DNA of 64,000 bases from Octopus vulgaris (GCA_951406725.2 OX597826.1:46872001-46936000); one strand, 5' to 3'; shown: positions 1-12,780, counted from the stretch's first letter. The notes: generated from the letters alone by a model not told the origin. Program-made: numbers and translations.

Positions 1-45
1 AGCATTTTGCCCGGCGCGCTAACGTTTCTGTCAGCTCGCCGCCTT
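1..45 (-). mobile_element. SINE family A, 5' head (cut by window edge)
   Basis: Reverse complement reads AAGGCGGCGAGCTGACAGAAACGTTAGCGCGCCGGGCAAAATGCT, matching the heads at 6079 and 51625-51675. Confidence 0.85.
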
Positions 46-289
46 TAACATACTATTTTCCACTTCATTATACACACGTGGCTATATACGAATCATATCC
101 AGGTAACAGTATATCAGTTATATCCAGGTGACAATAGATGAATTTCTAAATTACAAGTACTCCTTAAACAGTAATCATATCTTTCCACTGAGTTCAAATC
201 CCATCCGCAGCAAGGTCGAGGACGTCGAACTAACAGGGCCGATGGTGCATCAGAAAAATTGCTTTGCGACACTTTTTTCCTTTTTTCTT

Positions 290-462
290 GCTCTTTACGA
301 TCTGAGCTCGTAACTCGTTAAAGCCAGTTCTGCATTTCATCCTTTCAGAGTAGATAAAATAAAATACCAGTCAAGAACGTGGCTTGGTATAATCGGCAAA
401 GCCCCCCACCCCCACCCCACTTCAAAATTGCTGGTATTGTGCCTAAATTACAGACCATTATT
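290..462 (+). mobile_element. Degenerate SINE family A body with old-type tail
   Basis: TGCATTTCATCCTTTCAGAGTAGATAAAATAAAATACCAG and CAAAATTGCTGGTATTGTGCCTAAATT resemble other family A copies. Confidence 0.65.
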
Positions 463-542
463 TTGGAATTCGGTCTCAGTTAAAATTCTAAAATTATAAC
501 AGTTTCAAATTTAGGTAGAAAAAGGAGAATTTAAATGTATAA

Positions 543-733
543 TAGTTCTATATTAAAGAAATGAGGAATTATGTACATTATTTACATTATTTATATTTGA
601 CGGATATTTGTCCTCATCTTGTTTGTTAACACAACGTTTCGGTTAATATACCATCCAGGATCCATCGAGTGTATTGGAGAAATTTCAAACCTGGGTTCTC
701 ATTCCTAACTTATTTTCCGATGTTATAATTATA

Positions 734-785
<52 letters not shown>

Positions 786-854
786 TCACTGCCTGGAATC
801 GAACTCAGAATCTTGGCCTTAGTAGCCCGCACTCTTAACCACTACGCCATATGC
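543..854 (-). mobile_element. tRNA-headed SINE with internal (AAT)n and a decayed hammerhead-like motif
   Basis: The minus strand has A-box TGGCGTAGTGG and B-box GAGTTCGATTCC, then (AAT)n, then ACAC...GAAACGTTGTGT. Confidence 0.75.
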
Positions 855-3104
855 TGGATACCGGTTTTCCCGGCAGCTACGGGAGATTACTCCGCGTAAG
901 CTGTATTATATAACGTCTGTAAATTGAAACCATTTTTACAGTGATGAGATAATTGATTTGATAAATAGGTTAATCTATTAAGTCAGGAGGCCTTATCCAG
1001 TTAGGGTCAATAAGTATTGTATTCTTCAGGTCGAAGAACCTAATATTGATTATTGCTTATTATCATTACAGAGATTTTTTTCATACTATAAATTAAACGA
1101 ATATTCCAGTTGGAATTATCTAGATTTTCTTTGATATTTGTCCCGAATAATATTTCGTATTGTAGATATTGGATGAAACACGATCAGTTAAGTTTAATAT
1201 GGCTTACCACACTAAAGAATTACGATAGCGTTGTGGAAGTTATTATATTTTGCTGAGATATTTTATGCGAAGACAGACACCTTTTAAAATTTTTCAGGTA
1301 ACTTTCGTTGTGTTTTACCTAGGTGACATTACCATGAAAAGATCTAACCTGTGATGGATATTGTATGAATTCTTGCAAAAACAATATAAAGAAATAGTTA
1401 TTACCTTTACAGAGAACTTGAAATAGTTTGTTGGAAATTCTAATGAGACGTGTTCAAACGCCTTGGAGCAATGCGTTGTATGGGGAAATATATATGCAGA
1501 AAATCTGTTAAAAATATGCAATTTAAAATTCTTGCGTAGTCGAACTTTTCATAAATGTGCAAAGGATTCCTTTCTTTGTTGAAACCTTCTAGCACGAGCT
1601 TACTTACGTCAACAGCAGCCTCTACCAGAAGGAAATGAAACAAGGCGGGTTGTGGAGAGAGAGTCTGCACAAGGCGTCGGCTATAAAATACCACAAACGT
1701 TTGTGGAATACTGGTGTTACAATTATGAGAATGTCGAAGTGAATCCGGTCAATGACAGGCGAACATTTCTTTGGAATTCTCCCAGCAGTTGGTAACACAA
1801 CAAGAATATTTAGTAAAATGAGAAGAAGTAAAACAGAAAAAGAGAAAAAAAAATCGAAAGTAAAAGAAACGAAAAAAAAAAAAAAGAAATCGTCTGGACA
1901 TAGTTGTTTATGAGAATGGCAGAGCTCAATTGGTACCTTAAATTGAAATTATATATGATGAGCTGGCTGCTCTCCACTTGGGTTTTCAGCCTCTGTTGAA
2001 CCGGGACAAGCAGTTCGATATCGTGCAGACGACAGATTTTTTTGAATGTAGGGAAATAGCCATTTATCTTCCGATGCATTCTAAATGCCAATATACGAAT
2101 TGGCGGAGAGGAAGGGGTTTGCTCTATAATTGATATTTATATCGCAAAAAGCAATCCTAAAGAAAATTGATATCAATTTTTCTCTCTACTTTTTATTATA
2201 ATCCATAAGATATCTGACAAGAAAATTTATTAATCTGTCAGTGTGGAAAACTGAAGACAATATTCGCTGTTATTGTCACGTGATGCTTCTTAAAAACATT
2301 GCTCTGCCTTTAATGAAAAAAAGAAGTGTAAACGATAAAAATTTGCTCTCAACTTTAATCTTTTTACATTTATATCAACATTTTCTGTTCTTTCTCTCTT
2401 TCTATTCACTCAGCAGTGAAGGAGGTAGCAAGTAGAAAAAAAAATGTCAAAAACAAGTGTTTTGTGATACAGAAATAATCAAATATATTCTTTAAAAAAT
2501 ATGAATTTGGTGATTGGAAGAAAACAATAATAGGAACAACAACAACAACAACAACATCGACAACAATAACAACTAAAGTATCCTCCACAGCACGAAGAAA
2601 AACAATCGATTACATGTTTTTATTGAAGATAACATCTATCTTCCTCTAAAATTTTAGCTATTAAGTATGCTTATTGATTGATTTATGTATCTTGTATGAA
2701 AATTGTTAAGCAGTACATATTGGGGATTACCAGTGGAATATGTGATCAATAATTTAAAAGTTGGCGTTCAAACCGCTGTAATTTTATCTGGCATATTTCC
2801 CACCTTTAGATATAAAAGAACGAATGTCATGCCAGCGAAGAAAAACCCATATACGTGTCGCACGAGATGTTAGAAATAGCAGATAATTCCCACTCACGTC
2901 ACACCATAGCGTCTTAGAATGTAAGGACCCAACGAATGATGCAATTCTACATTGTCTATAGATTAAAAAAAAAACAAAAAAACAAATAGAAATACGACTG
3001 TATGACTCCAATTGCCATGCAATTTGATCAGAGGTCTGGTCAATTAAATTTTACACCTGGGCTTAAGCAGCAGTAAAACAGTAACAACAACAACAACAAC
3101 AACT

Positions 3105-3300
3105 GTGGAGGCGCAATGGCCCAGTTGTTAGGGCAGCGGACTCGCAGTCGTAAGAACGCGGTTTCGATTCCCAGACCGGGCATTGTGAGTGTTTATTGAG
3201 CAGAAACACTTAAGCTCCACGATGCCCCGGCGGGGAGGGGTGGTGAACCCCGCTGTACTCTTTCACCACAACTTTCTCTCACTCTTTCTTCCTACTTCTG
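3105..3300 (+). mobile_element. tRNA-Arg(TCG)-like SINE (family C), 3' partial
   Basis: GGAGGCGCAATGGCCCAGTTGTTAGGGCAGCGGACTCGC...GGTTTCGATTCCC. Related copy at 40900-41200 on the minus strand. Confidence 0.8.
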
Positions 3301-3662
3301 CCACAAAACAGAGAAACCATGGTGTAACCCACTATGGTATGGTAAACTTTCAGACCCTAGTCTAGATTGCGAATCCACTATACACCAGGATGATTCAGCT
3401 CGCCACCCGTTAAAAGCCACCGTTTTCGGAATAAGGATAACAACGTAGCTTTCGCGCTCTTGCAATCGGCAGTCTATCGCGTCTGGTGGGTGGATCTTCA
3501 AGTAGCCACACGCATTCTTAGTAGCTTAGAGTAGGCTCGAATTAGAGATTATTCTTTGTGGCTAATGGCGTGAGTGCTGATTGGAAGAAGAAGACAACAA
3601 CAACTATCACTACCACTACAAAAAACAACTTCAAGTGTCAAGGCCAGAACTAAACTCTAAGC

Positions 3663-4038
3663 GAGTAATTCTCAGCCAGGGTCACGTTATTCCTTGATGT
3701 CCAAATAAGATTTTGCAGGGTCCTAGCGAGCAAAATAGTAAATTGGTAATCTACATTAATATTTGAAGGGTTCATGAAAAAATTATGCTTTAGCTGTATT
3801 TAATGTAAAAAAAACAAAACAACCAGGTTTCTTTCTCTAAAGTTTTATGTAGTTCAACAAGTTTCCAGCCACTAAAACATTTTCTCCCAGGGTGTAACTG
3901 CAAACCTATGCAAGTGATTGCTTGAAAAACAAAATAGAAATTTTGAAAGAAGTATCCAATAAACATCGAATGGCTATGGGCGTCCAGCAGAGTAAATTAG
4001 TAATTTAGGTAAAAAAAAAAAATGATTGAGTACCACTG
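3663..4038. mobile_element. hAT (Charlie-like) MITE
   Basis: Degenerate TIRs GAGTAATTCTCAGCC / GATTGAGTACCACTG. 8-bp TSD CTCTAAGC / CTCTAATC (7 of 8 match). Confidence 0.7.
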
Positions 4039-4287
4039 CTCTAATCTCTACGGACCAGACAGTTTGTCTCTTAGCTGTATGATCTCCCAGCAACTTGTAT
4101 GCAACCGGCTTTAAAAAAAGAAACAAAACTTTGTTATGTACTCTTGGATATAGTAAGACTAGGAACAGTCACTGCGTTCGTCACAACTGGAGCCTCTTAA
4201 AAGTTTATAAGGGAATCTTTTATAGGTGAATTTTTAAAAATTTATAAGTGAAATAAAGTTTAGAAGTGAATCTTTTTGTGAATTTCT

Positions 4288-4413
<126 letters not shown>

Positions 4414-4914
4414 GTTGTGTCTATAGTAGAAACAGAAGGGGGCTGAACTGGGACTATCGTTAGTGTGACAGACAAAAATGTCCTGTTCCAGTTCTTTATG
4501 CTCCGAGCTCAAATTTTGCCGTGTGTACGTATTCATTTGTTTGAGTGTGCATGTACAAATAATTTCTATTGTTGATTGGTCAACGAACTATGAAAATATC
4601 AAGACAATCACCTTTATTTATTTATTGTTTTTGTGTGTACAAAGAGAATAAGAAATAAGTATTTACATATGTTTAAAGCTCCACAACGATAAAGCTTAAA
4701 AACAGTAGCTTAGCATTTTTAATAATAGGTTTTCTAATACACGCTGTATTGTGCATAGATATTTCTTAATTGTTTAATGGTTTCCAAGAACTGTCTGCAT
4801 TCCGTCTTATGCACACGTGATGGAGAATATGAAGGTGACATCAAGATGAGATAAAGGAAATAAAAAAGAAGGGTGGACAGAGGTTAGAATTATAAAAGCA
4901 TTATACGTGTGTTC

Positions 4915-5133
4915 ATATCTTTTATCTTTAATTTGTTTTAGTCATTAGACTGCGGCCATTCTGGGACATTGGATTTAAAAAGTTAATCGAACGAATCGAA
5001 GCCAAAGCTTAGATTTTTTTTGTGTTTAAGCTTGGTACTTATTTGCCGGTGTCTTTTGACGAACCACTAGCTTACAGCAATGTAGGCATACCAATATCAG
5101 TTATCAAACTGTGGTAGGGAACAAAGTCTGACA

Positions 5134-5186
<53 letters not shown>

Positions 5187-5282
5187 TCATCCACCCACAA
5201 ACCTTTGGTCGACCCGTGGGTTTAGTAAAATACACATATCGAAGGTGCAATGGTACGGTGGGACTGAACCCGGAACCATATT
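4915..5282 (-). mobile_element. SINE family B (tRNA head, internal microsatellite)
   Basis: Diverged reverse-complement copy of the element at 63093-63535. Confidence 0.8.
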
Positions 5283-5889
5283 TATATATATACATACGAC
5301 ACACGTTTTTTCTTGTCAGTCCTGTTTTTTTGTAAAACTAAATTTTTCCTGAACATATTTATATAGTGAGGTAATATATTTTTTGCAACACTGAGAATTT
5401 ATCTCAACGTTACATTTAATCATTTATTTTCGCTTATATTTATAATTCATCTTGTTTATTATATCATAATTTGCTGATATATCAATTCGTTTTAGTTTCC
5501 TCACATTGACAGATGTAAATATCATTCAGTTTTCACTTCTAGGTTTGTGGCTTTTTTTTATTCAAATTAATTCCTGATTTTTAATCTGTTTGTCTTTCAA
5601 ATTTAATGCTTTCACGGTTATTGTGATATAGTGCTTGTTCTGTTATGTGTATAACTCACAGATATGTCATTGTATCTCTCTGTTGCGTGTTTCAGTAATC
5701 TATTTTGACAAAAATATATTAGACAAAAACATAAAAAACAAAGATAACGTGTAAAAAAAAGTGAAGCGGTGAGATATTTACACGGGGAGATAAATACACG
5801 GTGAGATATATATATGAATTCCAAATGAACAAAAGTAGATATTTTAAAATGATACGTTATATTATAACATTTCTCAAATCTAGACGCTG

Positions 5890-7090
5890 GCATGGCTTTG
5901 AAGTAAGTTAAAAAGTTCGCGTTTAAATCACGTAGATGCGGTTTCAGTTCCACTGCGCAGCACCTTGGGTAACTGTCTTCTACTACAGCACCAGGCGATA
6001 AGTGCCTTTCAGTGAAATTGGTACACGGAAACTGTGCGTGTGTTTAAGGCGGTGAGCTGAAAAAGGCGGCGAGCTAGAAAAGGCGGCGAGCTGGCAGAAA
6101 CGTTAGCACGCCGGGCGAAATGCATACCGGTATTTCGTCTGCCGTTACGTTCTGAGTTCAAATTCCGCCGAGGTCGACTTTGCCTTTCATCCTTTCGGGT
6201 CGATTAAATAAATACCAGTTACGCACTGGGGTCGATATAATCGACTTAATATGTTTGTCTGTCCTTGTTTGTCCTCTCTGTGTTTAGCCCCTTGTGGGTA
6301 GTAAAGAAATAGGTATTTCGTCACCGCTACGTTCTGAGTTCAAATTCCGCCGAGGTCGACTTTGCCTTTCATCCTTTCGAGGTAGATAAATTAAGTTCCA
6401 GTTACGCACTGGGGTCGATATAATTGACTTAATCCGTGTGTCTGTCCTTGTTTGTCCTCTCTGTGTTTAGCCCATTGTTGGTAGTAAAGAAATAGAAACA
6501 GGTATTTCGTCTGTCTTTATGCTCTGAGTTCAAATTCCGCCGAGGTCGACTTTTCTTTCACTCTTTCGGGGTGGGGGTCGATAAATTAAGTACCAGTTGC
6601 GTACTGGGGTCGATCAAATCGACTTCCCCCCCTCCCCAAAATGTTCGGGCCTTGTGCCTAGAGAAGAAAAGACTCGTCCAGATACGCAATGGGGTCGATA
6701 TAATCGACTTAATCCCTTTGTCTGTCCTTGTTTGTCCCCTCTGTGTTTAGCCCCTTATGGGCAGTAAAGAAATAAGGAAACTGTGAATGTGTGTGTGTAT
6801 ATGTGTGTGCGTGTGTATGTATCAATGAGAGTGTGTGTGTGTCTGCACGCCCACGTGAGCGTGCGTATGTGTGAGTATGCGTGTTTCTGTGTCTATGTTT
6901 GTCCATTCTCAACGCTTCACAACTGGCGTTAGTTTGTTTACACCACGTACCTTAAGCGTTCGACAAAAGAGCCTGATAGTATAAGTCTCGGCGTTGAGCT
7001 GTTCGACTAAAATAAAAAAAATATCCTTCCAGACGGGGCTCCATCATAACCACCTTCTAACAACTGTAACAAGTGAAAAAACAGATAAAA
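5890..7090 (+). mobile_element. SINE family B interrupted by a SINE A array
   Basis: Head 5890-6045 (CACTGCGCAGCACCTTGGG). Tail resumes at 6776 after a second GGAAACTGTG. Confidence 0.7.
6046..6775 (+). repeat. SINE family A tandem array: three 5' stubs, one head, 3-4 bodies
   Basis: Repeated GTATTTCGTC...GAGTTCAAATTCCGCCGAGGTCGACTTTGCCTTTCATCCTTTCG...AAAGAAATA units. Confidence 0.9.
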
Positions 7091-7239
7091 AGAAGAAATT
7101 TGTTTTGGAAGAACAAGAATAGTTTAAAACGAGTAAACTTCATACAAATTTGGAAATTTGGGTGTTTTAAAGCAACACTCTCAAAAATGGAGTAATGTTT
7201 AGGAAACATCTATTTAATAGTTTGGCAGATAATTTCGAC

Positions 7240-7515
7240 CAGTGGTTCCCAAAGTGAGCGGTACTGTCCCAGTAGGGACGGTGAAAATACCCAGGGGGCT
7301 CTGAAGAAAAGTGGGGGGTGATAAAGGGATGGCTAAAAGGGATGGGTGTAAAAATAACAAAATAATGGATAAGGTTAAGTATTAATTGTGAAATACAGTT
7401 GTGAATTTGATGAAGAATGCGGCCTATGTTTGTGGTGAGTGAGTAGGGACGGTGTGCTTAGAATGTGGAGTGGGTTCCAATGGGGTAGTGACCCGAAAAA
7501 GTTTAGGAACTAGTG
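7240..7515. mobile_element. hAT (Charlie-like) MITE
   Basis: TIRs CAGTGGTTCCCAAA / TTTAGGAACTAGTG. 8-bp TSD ATTTCGAC / ATTTAGAC. Confidence 0.8.
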
Positions 7516-7967
7516 ATTTAGACGGGACTAAATCAGGCACGTTTGCTTGAGACCACTTAAGATAATTTTCCATTGATTTATTAACAGCATGCATTTTTAT
7601 ACAAAACTCACATGTACAGAAAACCGGGAAACATCCGATCATGTTACGTGTCAGTCTTGTGTTGGGGTTTCAGCAACGATCGTTCACTTCCTTTAAATGT
7701 CCACGAATATATATTGCTTGTAGACACCAGGCAGCAGCAAGGGAAAAAAAACCCAATTTAACTCACCATTTATTCAATGATCGAACTTGCTATCGAGAAA
7801 GTGATATACAAACAAATTAGCTTATCCACATCAATAACAAGTTACATGCTGGTGGTCTGCCAGAGAAGGGTTTGGGACTTATTGTCACAGCCGTTCCGGC
7901 GCCGCATATTCGGAGTTACCGATTTAACGCTGACTTATTTCACATAAGTAGTTTAATGTTATATATA

Positions 7968-8182
7968 TGTGACTATGTGACCGCGTGTGTACCGTTGGCG
8001 ATTTTTTTCCTCCGTCTCCTCTTCTCTGGATCTTTCCTTTTCCTATGTTTCTGACGAAGAGCTCCGCTCGAAACGTAAAACCTTCCTTCTTCCCTTCCTT
8101 CCTGAGCGTCCACTAATACTATATTTGTTCCACGTCCTCGCGTTGTCGTGTTTTCTCTTTGTGTTTTCATGTTTGGATTAAC
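7968..8182 (+). mobile_element. Short hammerhead-bearing repeat, Penelope-LTR-like
   Basis: Contains a hammerhead at 8047-8081. Its 3' half recurs on the minus strand at 41945-42052. Confidence 0.7.
8047..8081 (+). ncRNA. Minimal type I hammerhead ribozyme motif
   Basis: GTTT-CTGACGA-A-GAGC tcc GCTC-GAAA-CG-TA-AAAC: stems I and II pair and stem III is reduced to the ACGT palindrome. Confidence 0.75.
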
Positions 8183-8344
8183 TTAGCTGATGAAGACTAA
8201 TCAAATTTACGTTGTCAAACGTGTTTGAAGGGTTATACATAAATATATATATATATATAGTGTAATAAATAAAATATATGCATACATACATACATATATG
8301 TACGTACCTACATCTACATGTATATATACATGCATATATAAATA

Positions 8345-9040
8345 TATATACGTGAGTACAGGACACCACAAATAGACGTAGAACTCAACGAGAAACGAAA
8401 ACGTAAAAACAAACATGGAAACGGATCTTTTTTTAACAACGAAAAAACAGAGTACAAGACAAACAACACAAGGAAAATTCCCCTTCATCAGCTGTCCCTA
8501 GTACGACTCCATGCGTGTTTCGAAGGTGAGGACAGAACGCGGTGCGAAAGAATTAAATAAAATTCCTTCGCAGAGGGGTAAAAACAAGGAAAGAAAAAAA
8601 TGTGACAAAAACAGGACGTAAAAACTATACAAATAAAATTACAAAATAAAATACAAAATAAAATTACAATTACAAAAAAATACAGTACAAGAAATAAAAA
8701 CAAACAAGAAAACAAACAATGAGAGCCTTTTTTGGTCTAGACGAGGAAAGATTCCTAAGAGCGCAGGAAGAAAGCGTGTTCACTGTTAGGAGGCCGCAAG
8801 CGAAAGGAAGTGGTCGCCCGGCTGTGAGAGAGATGAGGAGGAGTGAGAGAGAGAGATATAGAGGAAGATAAGCGGCTGTGAGAGAGATGAGGAGGAGTGA
8901 GGGAGAGATAGAGATAGAGGAAGACAAGGAAGGAAGGAAGGGAAGGTCAAGCAAAGGGTTATAGGGTTTCGCGTCATAATTATATATAAAAACGTCCTTG
9001 GAGGAAACGAAACGACGCGAGGGCGCTCAGTCATACAATA
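8345..9040 (-). mobile_element. (TA)n-flanked repeat carrying a rearranged hammerhead
   Basis: Non-microsatellite block between TA-rich tracts, with a motif at 8480-8542 and a ~55-bp internal tandem duplication at 8820-8915. Confidence 0.5.
8480..8542 (-). ncRNA. Candidate non-circularly permuted hammerhead ribozyme
   Basis: The minus strand reads CCGCGTT-CTGTCCT-CA-CCTTC-GAAAC-ACGC...GGGACAG-CTGATGA-AGGGG. All three core segments are present in reversed order, with a 7-bp stem I. Confidence 0.6.
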
Positions 9041-9043
9041 GTG

Positions 9044-9128
<85 letters not shown>

Positions 9129-9442
9129 AAGAGGCAGTCAGAATTTTGGATAATTCTTTATTAGCGCTTTCGTTCGTTTATTGAACTCGTCAAGACAAAA
9201 CCAAAATCATTTTAATTTTGTCTTGACGAGTTCGACAAAATTCTGACTGCCTCCTTTTTCTCAATAAACAATATCTGTACACTGCTACAAACACTCTATA
9301 CATAATACACACATACATACATACATACATACATACATACATACATACATACATACATACATACATACATACATACATACATACATAAATACATACATAC
9401 ATCATGCATACATACATACATACATACATACATACATGTACA

Positions 9443-9659
9443 CGATGGGGTGCTGAAAAGTTCCTGGTGTCAAGGGTGTCGGGAAAGGCCTGGTTGGAAG
9501 CCCAGTCTTCCGAGTTCTGTTACAGGGATACGAAAAACTGAAGGGCCGTTGCAATAAGTGTATGAAGCTGAGAGGGGAATATGTCGAATAAAATCATAAT
9601 TAACTTTTCCTCCTGTATTTTCTTTTACCAAAAGCCAGGAATTTTTCAGCACTCCCGCG
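9443..9659 (+). mobile_element. Mariner-derived MITE
   Basis: TIRs GGGGTGCTGAAAAGTTCCTGG / CCAGGAATTTTTCAGCACTCCC. Internal GGGGAATATGTCGAATAA resembles a mariner transposase end. Confidence 0.8.
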
Positions 9660-9709
<50 letters not shown>

Positions 9710-10544
9710 AGTGTGCATTTTTATATACGTATGACGCATGTGTACGTATTTTTTGGTAAGTAAACATGTCAGACCTATTAACTATCAAAGTAACCAGTTT
9801 AAATCTGGAGTGTCTCCTTTGGTTTTGGCTACGCAAGGTCCATCTTTACAGTAATTATTAAAAAAATATATATTTAAGCGACGTTTTAAACATACGAAAC
9901 AAACACACAAATTGCATATACCTATGTATCGATAATGCGTGCATTTATAATTGTAAGTGTTATTATGTGTGAGTGCGTTTGTGTATACGGTTACGTATAT
10001 CTATGTGTAAATGTAGATATCGTTGTATGTATGATGCGTTCGTATGCGTGTTTGTATGTGTGCGTGTTTGCAATGAACTAGATGCGAGACAAGCCGTAAA
10101 ATCAGTAGCTAACTTCAGAGACTTTTTAGCTTGTAAGAACAAACAGACGTGGTTCGGTGTCAATATTAGCTCAATAGACGTGATAAATTGATATACAAAC
10201 ACCAATTTAATCAATATGTAATATATAACGTTCTCATTTCAAAAAACTTCAGCTCGCCAAATAAACACACGTTATAAACACACTTGCATACACAAGCATA
10301 CACACATTCGCATAAATACACTTGTACGTACGTACGTATGTACGTAGGAACACGTGCGTACACACATTCGTATAAAGTTGTGTTGTGTTTTAATTTCTGT
10401 ATTCATATTATGTGCGCACAATTCATTATACGCATGTATATACGCATACATAACAAAATACATATACGACGTACGTACATTAGATAGATACATACGTCTG
10501 CGCACATATACACACACACACAAACGCACACACACACAGACACA

Positions 10545-10598
<54 letters not shown>

Positions 10599-11392
10599 CA
10601 TATGTAGATACATAGATATTGTGTGTGAGAGTGTACATGGGTGAATGCGCGCGTGTGTGTGTATACATAATAATGCATAGATATTTATTTTCGTTTATTC
10701 TCTTGTGTACGTTTTTATGTCAATTATATATGTGAATTGATTGTACGTATATGTGTGCATATGTAAATTACACACACATATATATATATATATACATACG
10801 CAAGTACATATATATATATATCCACCTACATATATAAACATGTATATATATATATATATGCATACAAATACATAGAACAAATGCACATACACACACTCAT
10901 ACATATATAATATTCTGTAGATATTTTAATCATACTTGTTTGCTAATTTTTATTCAAAGCAGTCCTCTGAAAAGAAATAATATTCGTTAATTCATAATAA
11001 TAAAAGAGAATTGAACTAAGTGATAGGTGATGGGTGATCGATGGGCTTTGAGAAACAGAACCTGATCAGCGAAGCGTATCATTTCATTTAAGCAAGCCAT
11101 ACGCACACACAAATATATATCTGTTGGTTTTATTTCCAACAAATTAAAAAACCTTTCCAAGCCTGACCACAGCATGTTCTATTATTTCAAGCGATAATAG
11201 TGTTGAGATGAGCTTGTAAATTTATAGTACAGGAGGATGCAAAACGAAATAAAATATTAAATTCGCTTGAATGAAATTTCATAAAGAAGATAAACTCACG
11301 GCAGCATATTTGTAAAAGTTTGATAATTGAAAATTAAAATGTTTAGTTTTCTTAAAAGCATTTAAAACAACAAAAACGAATAAAATGTCCTT

Positions 11393-11459
<67 letters not shown>

Positions 11460-11621
11460 GTATATGTATATATATCTTTTAAAAATTATGTATTATGTTA
11501 TGTTTTATATTTTGTGTCGTGTTCTTTTTCCGTTTCACTTCTTGAATTTAATTTATCTATCTTTTTCTCTTCTATTCTCTTATTTTTTCACAATCTCTTC
11601 TATCTTGCTTTCTAAATTGTT

Positions 11622-11659
<38 letters not shown>

Positions 11660-11782
11660 AACAGACACATATCAACACACATACACACACCAACGTTTAC
11701 ATACAAGCGTGCACACTGACGTATACGCATGCACACACAAATCTGTTTCCTTTCTATCTTCTTCGCAATCGCCTCTCTCTCA

Positions 11783-11832
<50 letters not shown>

Positions 11833-12039
11833 AACAAACACACACATATACATATATATATACATACATATACATATATATATACATATACATATATATA
11901 TATACATATACATATACATATATATATACATATACATACATATATATATATACATATACACACACACATATATATATGTATATATATATATGTGTGTGTG
12001 TATATATATATGTATATATATATATGTATGTGTGTGTAT

Positions 12040-12078
<39 letters not shown>

Positions 12079-12496
12079 CATATCCATACCTACATACATA
12101 CATACATATATAGATAAGTGAGACTGAGATATACATGTATGTATTGATTTAATCCCATTGCATCTTCTCCGCAACAACAAGGTCTTTCCCAGTAAATGCC
12201 TCCTTTACAGTGCTTTGAACGTTTTCGTTTAATCATCACTCATTAACCTCGACCTTTGACCTATAGATAAAACAAAAATCCTTTTACAGCTGATTCAAAA
12301 GATCTCAACCTGGTTACCGTGTCAGTATGACATAACTTGATCGATGCCTAATTACAAAATCATACTATACATGTCCGCTTAATTATTCTTATATATATTT
12401 TATATGTATTTATGCATATATAATACATAATTATATCTAAGTATCAATCTCTCTTTCTCTTTCTTTCAGTCTTTCGCTTTTCATCTCTCACTCTGT

Positions 12497-12563
<67 letters not shown>

Positions 12564-12780
12564 TGAGTATGTGTTCCCATACCAGTTTGAATGGAGTGGC
12601 TGTCATATAAAATGTTGACGCCCATCATCAGGAAATTTCAGGTCCCGGCAAACTATCAAAATCTAGTAAACCCCTTTATAATTATCAACTAATTCGGTAC
12701 TGAGTGCTCATTCTTCCGATGAGTTAGTAACGTGTACGTGTGCAGCAGCAGAGATGCTTTTAGCATTTGTTTTGAAGCAT

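Noticed and set aside
860-2090. Possible ancient retroelement (RLDIVV-like and NIRLIY-like snippets)
   Set aside because: The motifs are weak and on conflicting strands, so a profile search is needed.
3105-3180. Functional tRNA gene (also 783-854 and 41125-41200)
   Set aside because: The cloverleaf is incomplete and runs into SINE bodies.
12250-12263. Nuclear-receptor DR1-like site CGACCTTTGACCT
   Set aside because: A single short motif with no gene context.
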